Source of the DNA: Schizosaccharomyces osmophilus
Taxonomy: Eukaryota
Length of the DNA: 64,000 bases
Assembly (NCBI RefSeq): GCF_027921745.1
Contig: NC_079239.1
Span: 434,001-498,000, forward strand
Reading direction: 5' to 3'
Part shown: positions 61,886-64,000 of the stretch, piece by piece
How positions within the stretch are numbered: the first letter of the stretch is position 1
How the letters are laid out: every line of letters starts with the position of its first letter
The notes under the pieces: generated by a model
The model's database searches: none
What the model was told of the DNA's origin: nothing
What the model saw: the letters and a program-made list of their open reading frames with translations, nothing else
Program-made: the position numbers and the translations under genes

Positions 61886-62491
61886 TTAACGGTATCTGCG
61901 AAGAGACAAGGTGTTGTGACGGAGCCAGGTGGCATATTGGGGAGAGTTGTTGAAACGGTGACCCTTGGCGATACCACGAGACTTCTTACCAATAGAGGTA
62001 AGACCACGAGCCTCACGGTGCTTGTGAACAGCGTTGCAGATCCAGTTAATGCGAGGATCACGGCGGACGGCCTTGTGAGAGGGGTCGACGCAGATAACTT
62101 CGTAGAACTTGTAGGTAGCGTCTTGGTTAACCCAGTAAGAGTTGAGGACACGCAAGTTAGCGCAACGACGGCCGACACGCTCTTCAGCAGTGCAGCGGAG
62201 AGAGCGTTGGTACTTGAGGTGGTTAACACCCTGGTGGACGGGCTTACCGTAGACTTGACCCTTAGGAATAGGGCGCTTACGGCCACCGCGACGAACACGG
62301 ATGCGGTAGACAACGTAGCCTTGCTTGGCCTTGTAGCCCAAACGACGAGCCTTGTCAGGACGAGAAGGGCGGCTAGCGCGGTGAACAACGTTCATTTGAC
62401 GGTATTCCCAAGCGCGAACACGAGACAAGAACAAGTTCACATCAGACTGCTTCTTCTTAGAAAGCTCTTCCAAATACTTGTAAGCACCCAT
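61886..62491 (-). CDS. rpl1502: 60S ribosomal protein eL15
   Basis: [33 protein letters not shown]; paralog number by synteny. Confidence 0.95.
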   Translation of the reverse strand: MGAYKYLEELSKKKQSDVNLFLSRVRAWEYRQMNVVHRASRPSRPDKARRLGYKAKQGYVVYRIRVRRGGRKRPIPKGQVYGKPVHQGVNHLKYQRSLRCTAEERVGRRCANLRVLNSYWVNQDATYKFYEVICVDPSHKAVRRDPRINWICNAVHKHREARGLTSIGKKSRGIAKGHRFNNSPQYATWLRHNTLSLRRYR

Positions 62492-62573
62492 TGTTGTTTT
62501 TTTGGCTTCCTACGAAATGAGCAAGATGGAAGTTTGTTGTCACTAAGAAAAGTTTCGACCTGCACTACCCACT

Positions 62574-62581
62574 CGTGACTG
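62574..62581 (-). promoter_or_regulatory. HomolD box of the ribosomal-protein promoter
   Basis: CAGTCACG on the minus strand about 85 bp upstream of the rpl15 ATG; matches the fission-yeast HomolD consensus CAGTCAC(A/G). Confidence 0.8.
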
Positions 62582-63115
62582 TTTTTTACCATTTTTTCTT
62601 CCACCCAGAGAAACGTTCCCTTTACCAAATGATGTACATAGAGCGAAATGAATAAATTAATTGCTTTTATAATAAATCGTAAACACTCAAGATCTACGGT
62701 TTTGAACTATTTCTGAACTAGTCATGATCAGAACAATAACAAATAATAAACGCTTCTTAAAGAACTTTATAAAACATACATTTTCAAACTTAAATACCAA
62801 ATATTGCTGTCCTATTGACCACCCAAACCTAGGATTATGTACATATTAAAAGTCAAGACTTACAAAACCATAATGACAACCAAAAAAAAATAATAAACAA
62901 AAGTCAACGAACAAATAGAGTTATTGATGCATCGGAATGTTTTGAAATCCGAACATAAAGAAGGTATAAGTACTTAGTAATTTTTCACCGTATCCGTTTA
63001 ATATGTGCAGTTTTCTTAAAAAAGGACAACCGATCGCCAAAACCGGAGCGTCCCATTCTTTAAAATAGCAAAATGGGGATTAACACGCTGATACTACTGA
63101 AAGTAAAACAAATTT

Positions 63116-64000
63116 TTAACCAGCAAAAGAGACATTCCACCCAGGGTTTCCGGTAGCGTATGCTACCAGACTATCAATAGTTGATTCTTGATAGTTTCGT
63201 AAATCATCCGATGGCCAAAGACCATTCCACTGATTCCAATCAGCATTCTTCGGTAATCCAAAGTGAGACATCAAATCCGAAGAATAAGTTTCTTGAACGT
63301 TATGATTGGCAACCATTGGAGACTCAGCTATATACATAAAATGCTTCTCCAAATCTAACATTTTTTCTTCATCAATAGGCTCATTTGCAACAGTGTCATT
63401 AGCAGTAGAACCAGAGGATGTACGTTGTACCCAGTCAGCCCAAATTTCAGACATTCTTTCGCACAAAGCTCCGATAGAGCCCCAATAATTTTTCATTTCC
63501 AACATTAATCTCAAATCAATTTCCAAATTATGCCTAGCCGTAGATGCCGCCAATACATTCAAACCGAAAGCAGCTTCAGTTTGAATACAAAAAGCTGTAT
63601 AAACACCTGAAGCAATAAAAGGGGAAGTCAAAATTACATTGTGTTTCCTACAATCATCAACAATCATTGATATTGCATTAGCACACCGTAAACACATTTC
63701 GCGTGCAGCTTTATGTAAACGCCTTGCTGCACTATTGACATGGCTTTCTGGCTTTTGTTCAGCTTGAAATTCACTATTATGAGACTCATGAGGATTGTGC
63801 CACACTGGCGAGAAAAAAATAGTATTTCCTGTCAAAGATACCGTGCTTGATGTTCTCGACAACTGATTGTTTTCGGACTCGCCAATGGAACGGAAAAGCC
63901 ACATCAACGTGTAGTGATAAGCTAAATGAAGAAATGCATACTGAGCACCTTGTTGTATAGATAGATGATTTTCCAATCCTACCACAGAGTACCTCAATCT
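63116..64000 (-). CDS. 3' part of a probable fungal Zn2Cys6-type transcription factor (runs off the window)
   Basis: Open frame to the window edge with a fungal-TF-like helical region (HLAYHYTLMWL, PFIASGVYTA, MKNYW); syntenic position of SPAC1327.01c. The DNA-binding domain is not in the window. Confidence 0.65.
   Translation of the reverse strand, partial: RLRYSVVGLENHLSIQQGAQYAFLHLAYHYTLMWLFRSIGESENNQLSRTSSTVSLTGNTIFFSPVWHNPHESHNSEFQAEQKPESHVNSAARRLHKAAREMCLRCANAISMIVDDCRKHNVILTSPFIASGVYTAFCIQTEAAFGLNVLAASTARHNLEIDLRLMLEMKNYWGSIGALCERMSEIWADWVQRTSSGSTANDTVANEPIDEEKMLDLEKHFMYIAESPMVANHNVQETYSSDLMSHFGLPKNADWNQWNGLWPSDDLRNYQESTIDSLVAYATGNPGWNVSFAG

Noticed and set aside
61771..62578. 246-aa antisense and 205-aa alternative-frame ORFs over rpl15
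   Set aside because: Same codon-bias artefact.
1..64000. tRNA, rRNA, LTR/transposon, CRISPR or prokaryotic defence systems
   Set aside because: No cloverleaf or A/B boxes, terminal repeats, RT/integrase ORFs or repeat-spacer arrays seen by eye; a covariance-model scan would be needed to exclude small RNAs.

Overview
Eukaryotic, intron-containing, gene-dense fission-yeast DNA (genus Schizosaccharomyces). The proteins differ from my recollection of the S. pombe ones, so it is probably the S. octosporus/cryophilus/osmophilus group; the species cannot be fixed from this window. Gene order and orientation match my recollection of the S. pombe chromosome I block SPAC23C11-SPAC13F5-SPAC1783-SPAC1327: pnk1, ipp1, membrane alpha/beta-hydrolase, php3, ala1, mpn1/usb1, cka1, hcn1, hpt1, zhf1, pst2, plo1, mdm28, msh1, taf7/ptr6, gld1, vta1, mpd1, sec10, hpz2, a reductase, vps66, fta2, hst4, hrp1, atg12, pap1, rpl15 and the 3' end of a fungal transcription factor. 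Exons were assembled by hand from GT-AG and branch-point signals. I found no tRNA, rRNA, LTR, transposon or CRISPR array. This is core housekeeping genome, so the candidates for novelty are non-coding or subtle. (1) cka1 intron 2 holds a hammerhead-ribozyme-like core (CUGAUGA..GAAA-stem-GUC) inside a long stem, but with no stem II. (2) A three-intron, apparently non-coding spliced leader or lncRNA lies upstream of hpz2. (3) A tight cluster of extended Fep1-type GATA sites precedes an FMN-less, presequence-bearing reductase. (4) ala1 has an upstream in-frame AUG that adds a likely mitochondrial presequence. All of these are hypotheses from sequence alone.
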